From: an uncultured Ruminococcus sp.
Lineage (GTDB): Bacteria; Bacillota; Clostridia; Oscillospirales; Ruminococcaceae
Length of the DNA: 64,000 bases
Direction of reading: 5' to 3'
NCBI GenBank assembly: GCA_964551225.1
Contig: CAZKBF010000011.1
Coordinates: 10,591 to 74,590, forward strand
A program made the translations under genes and the position numbers. A model generated the notes under the pieces. The model ran no database searches, was not told the DNA's origin, and saw only the letters and a list, made by a program, of their open reading frames with translations. Each line of letters starts with the position of its first letter. Positions within the stretch are counted from its first letter, which is position 1. This document shows, piece by piece, positions 33,862 through 43,769 of the stretch.

Positions 33862-34770
33862 TTATTTGGAAAAGTAGGCGAGTAGAGCGGATTTTTCGTC
33901 CTCGGAAAGCGTTTTGCTCCACGGAATGCGCCCCGCGGGTTTCTCGCCGTATTCCGCGAAACGTGCAGTTTTATCGCGCTCGGTGTCGTTCCACTTGTCA
34001 AAGCCCTCGGGGGAAATGTGCGCGCCGTAGGTGCAGTTGATGTACGCGCACTTCCCGTAATCGCGCCACGGTCTTGCGAGGAAAATCGAGCCCTCGGCGA
34101 CGCTTTCCTCGGCGGTGAAGCGGCACTCGTTGAACACGAAGCCGATGTTTTGCTCGAGCGAGTGAGCGGGCGCGGCGGTGTAACCGTGACCGCGAATGTC
34201 AAACAGCGACTTTATCTCGCAGTTGTCGAAAAGCGCGTCGCCGCAGCCGAAGATGAAATCCACGTTGCCCGAGATGAAGCAGTCGCGGAAAATCTGCTTT
34301 TGGTAATCGGCTGTACGAAGCTCGTCCTTCAGGAAACCGTCGTAGCGCTCAATAAGGTCGGGCGGGAGCGGACCGCAGAAAATCGTGTCCTGCGTTGACA
34401 CGAAGGAGCAGTTTTCCGCGTAAAATTCGTCCGCGTAAACCGTGAGCGCGACCTCCTGACCTTTGGTTTCGGGGAAATTCGCGTCGTTCTCAACGGTGAG
34501 GTTCTTGAACGTCACGCGCGGCGCGAGAACCGCAATCGTGTAGGTGCGGAAGGTGACGTATTCGCGCCCTTGCTCGTCGATTTTTTTCGCATAGTCGTCG
34601 TAGATTATCCGCGTTTTCTCGGCTCCCTGACCGACAATCTCGATGTCGGGCACCGAAATTTCGATTTTTTCACGAAAGTCACCCTCGCCAAGAATAATTC
34701 TCGTGTGTGGTTTAACTTTGCCGAGCGTCTCGGAAATGCTGTCGTTCGGCGATAAATAAATTTCTTCCAT
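33862..34770 (-). CDS. Pectin methylesterase (CE8), no signal peptide
   Basis: GQEVAL, QDT, VDFIFG, LARPWR; start at ATG 34770 with RBS GGAGG. Confidence 0.92.
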   Translation of the reverse strand: MEEIYLSPNDSISETLGKVKPHTRIILGEGDFREKIEISVPDIEIVGQGAEKTRIIYDDYAKKIDEQGREYVTFRTYTIAVLAPRVTFKNLTVENDANFPETKGQEVALTVYADEFYAENCSFVSTQDTIFCGPLPPDLIERYDGFLKDELRTADYQKQIFRDCFISGNVDFIFGCGDALFDNCEIKSLFDIRGHGYTAAPAHSLEQNIGFVFNECRFTAEESVAEGSIFLARPWRDYGKCAYINCTYGAHISPEGFDKWNDTERDKTARFAEYGEKPAGRIPWSKTLSEDEKSALLAYFSK

Positions 34771-34977
34771 AATTGCCTCCTTTAGCAATTTATACCTATT
34801 ATATAATATAAATACTTTTTTTGGAAATTGCAAGAGGTAAAATATTTTTTGTGAAAAATCAACAAAGATTTGCCGAAAAATTTGACAGGCTATTGAAAAT
34901 CCCTTTAATATCGCGAATGTAAACGATGTAACAAGATTGGTTTTTTTGAAATTTGTCCGTTTTGTGAAAAATTGGTA

Positions 34978-35006
34978 TTGACTTTTTGTAATTTTTATGA
35001 TAATAT
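34978..35006 (+). promoter_or_regulatory. Sigma-A promoter of the pectin transport operon
   Basis: TTGACT-17 bp-TAATAT with TG extension. Confidence 0.6.
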
Positions 35007-35029
35007 AAGAATAATCAGTTTTAAATAGT

Positions 35030-35043
35030 TGTAAACGTTAACA
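35030..35043. promoter_or_regulatory. LacI-family operator (ExuR/cre-like palindrome)
   Basis: TGTAAACGTTAACA just downstream of the promoter; related half-site TGTAAACG at 34918. Confidence 0.7.
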
Positions 35044-35118
35044 TATAACGCGAAAAAACTCGGAAAATGGGCAGATTTTAGCAATGTTGCCCAAAAAACA
35101 GGTACAGGACTTGAGCAA

Positions 35119-35706
35119 ATGAACAATTTATCGTTAAAGCAGTATAAAGCCATCGATTTGGCTATGCTGGCGGTAATTTTGGCGGTCTTTGAGGCAATAA
35201 CCTCTCTCGCCGCTTCAAAATGGTTCCCGCTGCAGCTGTTTTCGCTCTCTCCGACAATCACGGTCGTTTGCATCGTGATGATGAGGTGGGGCGGCTGGGC
35301 GGCTATCCACGCGGTTGTCGGCGGTCTGGCGTTTTGCATCGCAACAGGCGCTTCCCCCGAACAATACGCTATCTATTGCGTAGGAAACTGCGCGGCTCTC
35401 TTGGCGCTCTTCTTCTTTAAACAATTCGGTAAGGAGCGCGTGAGAAGCTCTTGGCTTATGACCGCGGGGTTCGCCCTTACGGCGTTCTGCGGGACAATGG
35501 TTGGGAGATGGGCGATAAGCCTGATTTTCGGCGGAGACCTTACCGCCATTGTTGATTTTTTTATTGTGGATTCGCTTACACTTGTTTTCACGGTGCTCGT
35601 GGTGCTCATCGCAAGAAAGCCCGACGGACTGTTTGAAGACCAAAAAGCCTATCTCGTTCGTACAGAAGATGAACGAAAAAGGCGCGAGGACACCGATGTC
35701 CTTTGA
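35119..35706 (+). CDS. Uncharacterised multi-TM membrane protein (ECF S-component-like size and pattern)
   Basis: 195 aa, about 6 hydrophobic segments, first gene of the operon. Confidence 0.7.
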   Translation: MNNLSLKQYKAIDLAMLAVILAVFEAITSLAASKWFPLQLFSLSPTITVVCIVMMRWGGWAAIHAVVGGLAFCIATGASPEQYAIYCVGNCAALLALFFFKQFGKERVRSSWLMTAGFALTAFCGTMVGRWAISLIFGGDLTAIVDFFIVDSLTLVFTVLVVLIARKPDGLFEDQKAYLVRTEDERKRREDTDVL

Positions 35707-35756
35707 TGTGCAGGTTAATTCTTGAAATAAATTCTTAATCTTAGGAGGTTTCAAAG

Positions 35757-36815
35757 ATGCAGGCTACTTGCAGCGATTACCTGATTTTCGACGCGGAAAA
35801 CGGAGTCTACGTTGAAAATCCCGAACAAGTTGTTCGAGACGACGTTGAGAAGCACCACTGGCTGAATGTTGTCAGAACGGTGGCAAAGGACTGGCGTTTG
35901 TATTTGATGCTGGTTCCGATGATTCTCGTATTCCTTTTCTGGCGTTATTTCCCGATGTACGAGCTCTTGGGGTGCTTTAAGGTCACCGACGAGGTTAAGC
36001 CCGTTGCCGACCAGTTCTACTCCGGCTTCTCGTACTTCAACACTCTTCTCTTCGGCGGTAATAACCCCGGTCTTTCCGCAGATTTCTGGAGAGCGTTCAG
36101 AAACACGTTCCTTTTGAGCTTCTATGGTTTGTGCTTCGGCTTCCCGATGCCTATCATCATCGCTCTCTTCTTCAACGAAGTTCGCTCGAACGTTGCTCGA
36201 AGCATTTATCAGGTTGTTACATACCTCCCCAAGTTTATGTCAACGGTTGTTATGACCTCGCTTATTATGATGCTCGTTAAGCAGGGCTCCCAGACCTCCG
36301 GTATGGGTATTCTCTCGCAGTTCCTCGTTGCTATCGGTGCTGTTGACGAGCAAACCGCTTTCGCAGGTCTTATGAATAACCCGTCCTTCTTCCGCGGTAT
36401 CTACCAGATAAGCGGTATTTGGGAAACTGCCGGCTACGACAGTATCGTGTTCTTCGCCGCGATTATCGCAATCGCTCCCACGAGATACGAGGCTGCCCAA
36501 ATCGACGGCGCAGGCAAGATGGCGCAGATGAGATACGTCGTTTTGCCGAGTATCCTCTCAACTATTGTCATTATGCTTATCACAAAGATAGGCTCTCTGC
36601 TGAACATCGGCTACGAAAAAGTCTTGCTGCTCTACAACCCCAACACCTATCAGACAGCAGATGTTGTTTCCACCTTCTCGTTGAGAAACGGTGTCGAAGG
36701 TACGATGAAGGGCTTGGCGTCCGCCGCAGAAATGATGAATAACGTTATAGGAATGCTGTTGGTTATCGGTGCAAACACCATCGCGCGCAAGGCGTCCAAC
36801 ACATCTCTCTATTAA
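35757..36815 (+). CDS. Carbohydrate ABC permease (LplB-like)
   Basis: FPMPIIIALFFNE, YEAAQIDGA (EAA motif), GYEKVLLLYNP. Confidence 0.92.
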   Translation: MQATCSDYLIFDAENGVYVENPEQVVRDDVEKHHWLNVVRTVAKDWRLYLMLVPMILVFLFWRYFPMYELLGCFKVTDEVKPVADQFYSGFSYFNTLLFGGNNPGLSADFWRAFRNTFLLSFYGLCFGFPMPIIIALFFNEVRSNVARSIYQVVTYLPKFMSTVVMTSLIMMLVKQGSQTSGMGILSQFLVAIGAVDEQTAFAGLMNNPSFFRGIYQISGIWETAGYDSIVFFAAIIAIAPTRYEAAQIDGAGKMAQMRYVVLPSILSTIVIMLITKIGSLLNIGYEKVLLLYNPNTYQTADVVSTFSLRNGVEGTMKGLASAAEMMNNVIGMLLVIGANTIARKASNTSLY

Positions 36816-36827
36816 AGAGGTTTACTT

Positions 36828-37718
36828 ATGAAAAGAAGACTTGAAATTTCCGAGCTTGTATTTAAAATTATAAGCTACACTTTGCTTACGGTGTTCGCTA
36901 TCATCTGCCTTTACCCGTTCATCTACACCATTTCGGCGTCGATAAGCGGCAGACAGGCGGTTGAGTACAACCAGCTGGTTCTTCTCCCGAAGGATATCCA
37001 GTTTGACGCGTTCTCCGCAATGTTTAACAACAATATGTTCTGGAACTCCTACACCAACACCCTGTTCCTCACTTTCTACGGAACAATTTGGGAGCTTGGT
37101 CTTTCGGTTCTCGGTGCATACGCCCTCTCCAAGAAGCGTCTGCTTTTCCGCAAGGGCTTTAACTTCTTCCTCGTGTTCACAATGTGGTTCAGCGCAGGTA
37201 TGGTTCCGCAGTATTTGAACTACATCAACACCAAGAAGGTTTTCAACGCAATCGGTATTATGGACGACAAGTGGCTGGTCGTTATCGCAATGGGTATGGC
37301 GGCGATGAACATCATCCTGCTGCGTAACTCCTTCGAGAGCGTCCCCAGCGAAATCGAAGAGGCTGCTATCGTCGATGGCGCAACCGAAATGCAGGTTCTG
37401 TGGAGAGTTTATCTCCCGATGTCCAAGTCCATTATCGCAACCGTCGCGCTGTTCTTCGGAATTTCGCGCTGGAACGGTTACTTCTGGGCAAGACAGATGA
37501 TTCAGAACCAAAACGAACACCCGCTGATGGTATTTATCCGACTCAAGCTCGAGCAATACACCGACGCGGAGTTCCTAGCCGGCTGGAGCGAAACCTACGC
37601 GACAGACTCCATTATCTACGCGCTGATTATCTGCTCCATCGTGCCGATTCTCATTATCTATCCCTTCATTCAGAAATACTTCGCGAAGGGCGTTAACGCA
37701 GGCGGCGTTAAGGGTTAA
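36828..37718 (+). CDS. Carbohydrate ABC permease (LplC-like)
   Basis: IEEAAIVDGA, RWNGYF, YPFIQKYFAKGVNAGGVKG. Confidence 0.92.
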   Translation: MKRRLEISELVFKIISYTLLTVFAIICLYPFIYTISASISGRQAVEYNQLVLLPKDIQFDAFSAMFNNNMFWNSYTNTLFLTFYGTIWELGLSVLGAYALSKKRLLFRKGFNFFLVFTMWFSAGMVPQYLNYINTKKVFNAIGIMDDKWLVVIAMGMAAMNIILLRNSFESVPSEIEEAAIVDGATEMQVLWRVYLPMSKSIIATVALFFGISRWNGYFWARQMIQNQNEHPLMVFIRLKLEQYTDAEFLAGWSETYATDSIIYALIICSIVPILIIYPFIQKYFAKGVNAGGVKG

Positions 37719-37826
37719 TTTTCGTTGTCAACACGCATTTTGCGGTTGATATAGACGCGGGTTATCCGCAGTACAAAAGGGTATAAGCCCAGATAATTTC
37801 AGAACATTCCTAGAAGGAGGAAAAAA

Positions 37827-40034
37827 ATGAAAACATCAAAGATTGCCGCATCAACTTTGGCGGCAGTACTCGCGAGTGCAACCATCCTTACAGGCTGCAG
37901 CACTCCGGGAAGCACAAGCACTTCCAGCACTGGCAGCACATCCAGCTCCAAGAGCGAATCCAGCACCTCTTCCACTGAGAGCAGCTCCTCTACTCCCGAA
38001 GCTCCCAAGCTCGAGTATGCAAGCGGCACTGTTCTCCGTATGGCAACAGGCTACAACTCCCCCAAGACCGGTATCGTGTTCGACGCAGAAACCGCTGGCT
38101 CCGGTATCACTCTTGCTGACGGCAAGACCTACAACACCGGCGACCTCAAGCCCACTTGGCAGGAGCTCGAGAAGATTCTCAACGTTAAGTTTGAGAGCCT
38201 TTATCAGGGAAGCAAGAACTCTTCTGCTGAATGGGATTACTGGAAAGAGCGTCTGAACGAGGTTGATATGGTTGTCGGTACCGCAAGCACCCTTACCGAG
38301 AACGGTACTGCCGGCAAGCTCGTTAACATCGCTGAATACCTCGACAGCATGCCTAACTTCAAGGCTTACCTCGAGAAGAACCCCATCGTTCGCCTCTCCA
38401 TCACCGGTTCTACTACCGGCGCATCAAAGGGCGCTATCTACTTCTCTCCGTACTTCGACGGTGTAAACGATATCGAGAAGATGCCCCTTATGAGAGTTGA
38501 CTGGGTTCAGAAGCTCCTCGACGGCGAAGGTGAGTTCACTGCAGCTGCAAGCGCTAACACCAAGACTCCCGTTTACACTCCTTATATGCCTACTTCCGGC
38601 AAGGTTGAGATTGACGTTGTAAAGCCCGACGGCTCCGGCGTTGAAAAGGTTACCAAGGACTACGACAAGGCTGGCAACATCGTTCAGAAGATGAACGACG
38701 CAGGCTCTATGTCCGGTGTTGAGGCTGTTAATATGCTCCGTAAGTACATTGACGAAGCTTATGGCGGCTACTACGGAACCACTCGTTCCAACCTCTTCTG
38801 CGGTCAGAACGCTGCTTGGGATGTTGATGAGCTCGTTGCTCTCCTCCGCTGCGTAACCTCTAACGCAAAGACTCTTAACGGTACCGACGAAATCAACGGT
38901 CTGTTCTCTCGTGAGGATAACAACAACCAGCGTCGTATCGATATCGTTCGTTTCGCAGGCACTCTCTTCGGTGTTCGCGGTCTCGAGTCCCGTCAGGATT
39001 TCCTCTATGTAGGTAACGACAACAAGCTCCACGACGCTCGTCAGGAGCAGGCTACTTATGATGCAATGGTTAAGATGAACGATATGGCTAAGGAAGGTCT
39101 TATCTCTAAGTCGTTTATGGATACCGCAGAGGTTAACTCCAGCAAGCAGCTCGAGAATGACCTCGGCTTCATGAGCTACGACTACAACCAGACTCAGACT
39201 CTTCTCAACCAGTCTGTTCTCAACAAGGAAGGTCAGACAGGCGAGAAGTATATGGCTGTTATGATTCCTGTTGCTAGATGGAATGATGGTACCGGCGACA
39301 AGTATATGAGATTTACCGAGTCTTGGCGTTCTGTTAAGACCGACGGTTGGGCAATCTCCAAGGCTGGTGTCGGCGATGATAAGAACAAGCTTAACGCTGC
39401 TCTCTCGCTCATCGACTACGCTTACAGCCCCGAGGGTCAGATCCTTATGTCCTATGGTCCTAAGGAGTTCATTAAGACCAAGGCTGACGGTTCTTATGAG
39501 ACCTTCAACTTCAACGGCGAGCAGTGGCCTGTAATCGCAGAGGCAACCGAGAAGGAACTCTGGGAAAAGGGCAAGGGTAACTACACCAACTACGCTCGTA
39601 TGTACCTCGGTTCTACACTGAGCTTCGTTAAGAGCCAGGCGTTTGAGTATCAGTGCACTCACGAAGTTGGTAAGGAAGGCGCAGGCTACATCTCCAACGC
39701 AATCGCTCTCGGCACTATCAAGCACCCTGAGCTCGCACTCGCTTCTAACCCGTGGTACACCTCCGTTCCTACCGTTCTTCCGAACTCTAAGGTAGAGAAC
39801 GACCAGATTGCTACATTCACTGAGCTTTCTGCTAAGGGCAAGTTCAGCCAGAGCAAGGGCGAAAGCAACCTCTTCTGCGATATCATCGTAGGCGGCTTCT
39901 CCGGCGAAGGCACAGCTTCCGCTGCTGACACCCTCAACACCGTTTCCACTACTTGGAAGGGCACTCAGTACCTCCAGCTCAAGCAGCTCGCTTGGCAGAG
40001 ACTTGTTGACTACTACAAGGAGCTTAACGGCTAA
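37827..40034 (+). CDS. Large solute-binding lipoprotein of the ABC transporter
   Basis: Lipobox LTGC, S/T-rich linker, AEYLDSMPNFKAYL, strongly biased codon usage, follows the permeases. Confidence 0.85.
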   Translation: MKTSKIAASTLAAVLASATILTGCSTPGSTSTSSTGSTSSSKSESSTSSTESSSSTPEAPKLEYASGTVLRMATGYNSPKTGIVFDAETAGSGITLADGKTYNTGDLKPTWQELEKILNVKFESLYQGSKNSSAEWDYWKERLNEVDMVVGTASTLTENGTAGKLVNIAEYLDSMPNFKAYLEKNPIVRLSITGSTTGASKGAIYFSPYFDGVNDIEKMPLMRVDWVQKLLDGEGEFTAAASANTKTPVYTPYMPTSGKVEIDVVKPDGSGVEKVTKDYDKAGNIVQKMNDAGSMSGVEAVNMLRKYIDEAYGGYYGTTRSNLFCGQNAAWDVDELVALLRCVTSNAKTLNGTDEINGLFSREDNNNQRRIDIVRFAGTLFGVRGLESRQDFLYVGNDNKLHDARQEQATYDAMVKMNDMAKEGLISKSFMDTAEVNSSKQLENDLGFMSYDYNQTQTLLNQSVLNKEGQTGEKYMAVMIPVARWNDGTGDKYMRFTESWRSVKTDGWAISKAGVGDDKNKLNAALSLIDYAYSPEGQILMSYGPKEFIKTKADGSYETFNFNGEQWPVIAEATEKELWEKGKGNYTNYARMYLGSTLSFVKSQAFEYQCTHEVGKEGAGYISNAIALGTIKHPELALASNPWYTSVPTVLPNSKVENDQIATFTELSAKGKFSQSKGESNLFCDIIVGGFSGEGTASAADTLNTVSTTWKGTQYLQLKQLAWQRLVDYYKELNG

Positions 40035-40147
40035 TTTAGCAGTCTCAGCAAATTTCACTTAAAGGCAAACCAATCGTATGCGGCGCGGCGCGGTTACCGC
40101 GAGAACGGATACCGCGCGTGACGCGTGAATCCACATTATGTTGTTGC

Positions 40148-40171
40148 GAAGGGGAGAATTCCCTCCCCTTC
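40148..40171 (+). promoter_or_regulatory. Intra-operon stem-loop after the SBP gene
   Basis: GAAGGGGAG-AATTCC-CTCCCCTTC with no U tail. Confidence 0.6.
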
Positions 40172-40196
40172 CATCAATATAAAAAGGAAGGTCTTT

Positions 40197-40823
40197 ATGT
40201 ATAAAAAACAAATGAAATTTCAGAAGATAGTATGCTTCATGATGCTCGCTGCATCCGTGATCGTATTTATCTATTCTTTGGGTCTTTTGACCGATTTGTA
40301 TGATAGTCTTTATCTCACAATGATGGATCCCGAGGATCTGTCCTACACTATGGTAGAGGGTTCGCAGATTTACTATGAAATGCAGGGCTATGACCCCGCT
40401 ACAAATGATTTCACAAACCCGAATTTCAACGGTATTCTTACTATGGTTGCAATAGGTTTGATTTTGGTAAATCTCGTTTTGTTTATCACCTGCACACACT
40501 CTCGCAGAAAATACTACATCGGTAACTATATCGCTGTTGGTTTATCTGCCGTAAGCAGCATCGGTGCGTCTGTTTGGGCTATTATGAATATCCTCAATTT
40601 CAAGGAGAAATTCCTTCAGATTGACTTCGTTGCCCTGAAAGAGTTCTCGGAGATGTGGAACACTCACTACAACGACTCAACCTTCTGGTTCGACGCCGTA
40701 TTTGTTGTGTTTGGTTTACTCCTTCTCGCTACTGTGTTGCTTGTCGTTAATTTGGTTTTGAAAGTTATCGTGATGAAGGAAGAACAGCGTCTTATTGGCA
40801 GCAGAAAGGATGTTAGAGCATGA
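40197..40823 (+). CDS. Uncharacterised 4-TM membrane protein
   Basis: RBS AAGGAAGG, four hydrophobic segments, stop overlaps next start. Confidence 0.75.
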   Translation: MYKKQMKFQKIVCFMMLAASVIVFIYSLGLLTDLYDSLYLTMMDPEDLSYTMVEGSQIYYEMQGYDPATNDFTNPNFNGILTMVAIGLILVNLVLFITCTHSRRKYYIGNYIAVGLSAVSSIGASVWAIMNILNFKEKFLQIDFVALKEFSEMWNTHYNDSTFWFDAVFVVFGLLLLATVLLVVNLVLKVIVMKEEQRLIGSRKDVRA

Positions 40824-41365
40824 CAAACGCAAATAATATCGCCTTGATTAAGAAGGACCGCCTGCGTTTCACAAAAAACAAGCTCTCATCGGGACTGGCT
40901 CTGCTTGCTATCGTGTTTAACGCGCTTTACTTCGTCGTCGTTTATGAATCAGATGTCGGAAGCTACTACTATAACTGGACTATCGGTGTTTCCGTTCTGT
41001 ATAACCTCGTCTTTATGCTCGCAGCATTCCTTTCGTCCGAGGGCGTAAAGAACTACAAGCTCGGTTATTCCTATGTGCTCATGATTCTCGGACTCGGTGA
41101 GATTGTCAGAATTTTCTACATTCCGCTTAATGCAAGAAATACTACTGACCCCACCATCACCTCCGAAGCATTAGCAGACCTTGTTGCAAAGGGTGAAACC
41201 GTTCCGACTGTTATGGGTTCATTCCAATTCTATTTCTGCACGGGATGCTTGGTCGCAGCCGCTGCGCTTTGCATAATCGCAGGCGTTGTTGCTATGATTA
41301 AAACCACAACTCTTATAAAATATCAGGCTGAGCTTGAAAAAAATTCAAGAGGGAGTAAATCATGA
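40820..41365 (+). CDS. Uncharacterised 4-TM membrane protein
   Basis: ATGA overlaps on both sides, hydrophobic helices. Confidence 0.75.
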   Translation: MTNANNIALIKKDRLRFTKNKLSSGLALLAIVFNALYFVVVYESDVGSYYYNWTIGVSVLYNLVFMLAAFLSSEGVKNYKLGYSYVLMILGLGEIVRIFYIPLNARNTTDPTITSEALADLVAKGETVPTVMGSFQFYFCTGCLVAAAALCIIAGVVAMIKTTTLIKYQAELEKNSRGSKS

Positions 41366-42429
41366 GTGATCTTAAATTACAGCATCTCGAAAAAATTTAT
41401 GACAACAAGGTTCAGGCTGTTTTCGATTTCAACCTGAATGTTAAAAACGGCGAGCTTATCGTTCTCGTCGGTCCTTCCGGCTGCGGAAAATCCACAACTC
41501 TGCGTATGGTTGCGGGACTTGAGGATATCTCAAACGGTAACCTCATCATCGATGGCAAGGATGTTACAAAAATGCCCCCGAAAGACCGCGATATCGCGAT
41601 GGTCTTTCAGGATTACGCGCTGTACAACCATATGACCATCTACGAGAATATGGCGTTTTCGCTTATGCTCCGCAAGGAAAATAAGAACGAAATTCACCAG
41701 AAGGTTCTCGCTGCGGCGGATATTCTCGGTCTTAACGACCAGCTCAACAAGAAGCCTGACCAGCTTTCCGGCGGTCAGCGTCAGAGAGTTGCGATGGGAC
41801 GTGCTATCGTTCGTACACCTAAGGTATTCTTGTTCGACGAGCCGCTTTCCAACCTCGACGCAAAGCTCCGTGGTGCAACACGCCGTGAGATTTTGCTCCT
41901 GCACAAGCGTTTGAGAGCAACTATGCTCTACGTTACCCACGACCAGACCGAGGCGTTGACGCTCGCAGACAGAATTGTTTGTATGTCTATGGGTCACGTT
42001 CAGCAAATCGGTACGCCTCTTGAGCTTTACGATTCTCCCGCAAACCTCTTTGTTGCTACATTTATCGGTTTGCCTCCTATGAACCTGTTCGATGTAACCG
42101 TTCAGGACGGCAAGCTCTATTGCGACAGCTTCTCTGTTGACCTTAACACAGAAGAGAAAGTGATGCTTGCAAAATATGAGGGCAAAACAATCGTTTTGGG
42201 CGTTCGTCCCGAGAACGTTGTTCAGGGCGGAAATATCACCGTTTCTGTTTTCTCAAACGAGAACCTCGGTATGACTACTCTCGTTAACGGTGTCGTCGGC
42301 AAACACAAGATTACCTGCAAGTTCCGCGAGTGGAGTAATTATAAGCCGGGTGATTCGGTTAACGTTTCCTTCACGAGAAAGCATTTCTTCGATAAGGAAA
42401 CCACCGAAGCTATTAGTAGTATTTTATAA
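41362..42429 (+). CDS. Sugar ABC ATPase (MsmX/MalK type) 1
   Basis: GPSGCGKST, LSGGQRQR, FDEPLSNLD, YVTHDQ, TOBE-like tail. Confidence 0.95.
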   Translation: MSDLKLQHLEKIYDNKVQAVFDFNLNVKNGELIVLVGPSGCGKSTTLRMVAGLEDISNGNLIIDGKDVTKMPPKDRDIAMVFQDYALYNHMTIYENMAFSLMLRKENKNEIHQKVLAAADILGLNDQLNKKPDQLSGGQRQRVAMGRAIVRTPKVFLFDEPLSNLDAKLRGATRREILLLHKRLRATMLYVTHDQTEALTLADRIVCMSMGHVQQIGTPLELYDSPANLFVATFIGLPPMNLFDVTVQDGKLYCDSFSVDLNTEEKVMLAKYEGKTIVLGVRPENVVQGGNITVSVFSNENLGMTTLVNGVVGKHKITCKFREWSNYKPGDSVNVSFTRKHFFDKETTEAISSIL

Positions 42430-42440
42430 GGAGAAGTCAG

Positions 42441-43031
42441 ATGGGACAAAGTCAAGTATCCGCAAAACCCAGAAAGGGGTTCAAGGAATTTGTTCGTAAA
42501 TTCCTCGTTTCTATCAAGCGTCAGCCGCAGAATATCGCGATGTTTATCTTGCTGGTAGGATTTGTTTTCTTCTCGCTTAACCTTACGTCGATTTCAGATA
42601 CGACCGCGCTTATCAACACAGCCAATATGGGACAGTGTGAGTTCTGTATTATGCTGTTCTCTATCCTGTCGTTCGTAGTTTTTATGAGGTCTTTCCCGAG
42701 GCGTCAAAAAGCTAAGGTTCCTATGCTTGTATTAACCTTCTTGTTCTTGGGTATCATTATCTTTATGGATGTTGTTTACCTGACAAGAATCAACGAGGCG
42801 CTTACTCGTGAGGAAAACCGCATCGTAATTGACTATGGAGCAGGCACTAACTTGTTTATAGCAAACGCTTGGAGCACTTTGATTGCTTATTTGATTTTCG
42901 TGGGCGTTGTTGTTGTTCTTCTCGCAACCCTCCCGATTTATTCAAAGCTCCTCAAAAAGATCAACACCTCTATCGATGTCGAGGGCAATACCAATATGAC
43001 CGCTGTCGACCTCGCTAGTGATGATGAATAA
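42441..43031 (+). CDS. Uncharacterised 4-TM membrane protein
   Basis: RBS AAGGAG, four hydrophobic segments. Confidence 0.75.
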   Translation: MGQSQVSAKPRKGFKEFVRKFLVSIKRQPQNIAMFILLVGFVFFSLNLTSISDTTALINTANMGQCEFCIMLFSILSFVVFMRSFPRRQKAKVPMLVLTFLFLGIIIFMDVVYLTRINEALTREENRIVIDYGAGTNLFIANAWSTLIAYLIFVGVVVVLLATLPIYSKLLKKINTSIDVEGNTNMTAVDLASDDE

Positions 43032-43121
43032 GAAATTTCTTGAAAAGCAGCATCAGCCGCAATGGGTGTTGCTGCTTTCATTGCAAAAAGGGACAATTTG
43101 TTCCGGTTAGGGTGTATTTCA

Positions 43122-43757
43122 ATGGCAAATAAAAATGAACAGTTCACCGAGGAAGAGGCTCCGCTCAAAAACTACTATGACCTCAAAACCGACGCTGTGG
43201 ACAGGCTGCTTAACGCGAAAAACGCGCCCGTGGTTTCCGAGAAGGAAATCAAGCAGTACAAGGGCGGCTGGAAGAGAACCATTCCCACTTGGGTGAAAAT
43301 CCTTTTCGTGAAGTTTTGGTTCGGCGGCGCAATCTGCTACTTCTTCGTTTGGGGACTCGGTATGTACCTTCAGAACCTCGACCTTTTGGCTGCGCTCGCA
43401 ATCGGTCTCGGTGCCTGCACCGACCTTCTGGTCAACAACCTCCTCAAGTTCCTCGAGCCCGAAAAGGGTGACTACGACAAGTGGATGATGGTGACCGTGA
43501 GGAAGTTCTGGTCGATTTTCCTCAACGTTTTGTACGCCGCAGTCCTGCTGTTCTTTATTGTACAAACCTACGAGGTTGTGAACAGACTTATCACAGGCTC
43601 TACCGCGGCAAATGCCGAATATGTTGCCGTGCCTGTTGAGCCGCTGCTGTTCGGACTGCTTTATATGGGCTATGATATGCTCTTTATTTTCATCAAGAAT
43701 ATGGTGAAGAAGGCGTTTCGCGACGCTGAGGCAAAGGTTTCAAACTCGAAAAGATAA
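43122..43757 (+). CDS. Uncharacterised membrane protein
   Basis: Soluble N-terminus then about 4 TM helices; host-like codon usage. Confidence 0.75.
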   Translation: MANKNEQFTEEEAPLKNYYDLKTDAVDRLLNAKNAPVVSEKEIKQYKGGWKRTIPTWVKILFVKFWFGGAICYFFVWGLGMYLQNLDLLAALAIGLGACTDLLVNNLLKFLEPEKGDYDKWMMVTVRKFWSIFLNVLYAAVLLFFIVQTYEVVNRLITGSTAANAEYVAVPVEPLLFGLLYMGYDMLFIFIKNMVKKAFRDAEAKVSNSKR

Positions 43758-43769
43758 CAAGGAGACAAA

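Noticed and set aside
40060-40130. GGCAAACC suggesting a c-di-GMP-I riboswitch
   Set aside because: The GAAA tetraloop stem and GCAAAGC segment expected downstream are absent, and the position is mid-operon
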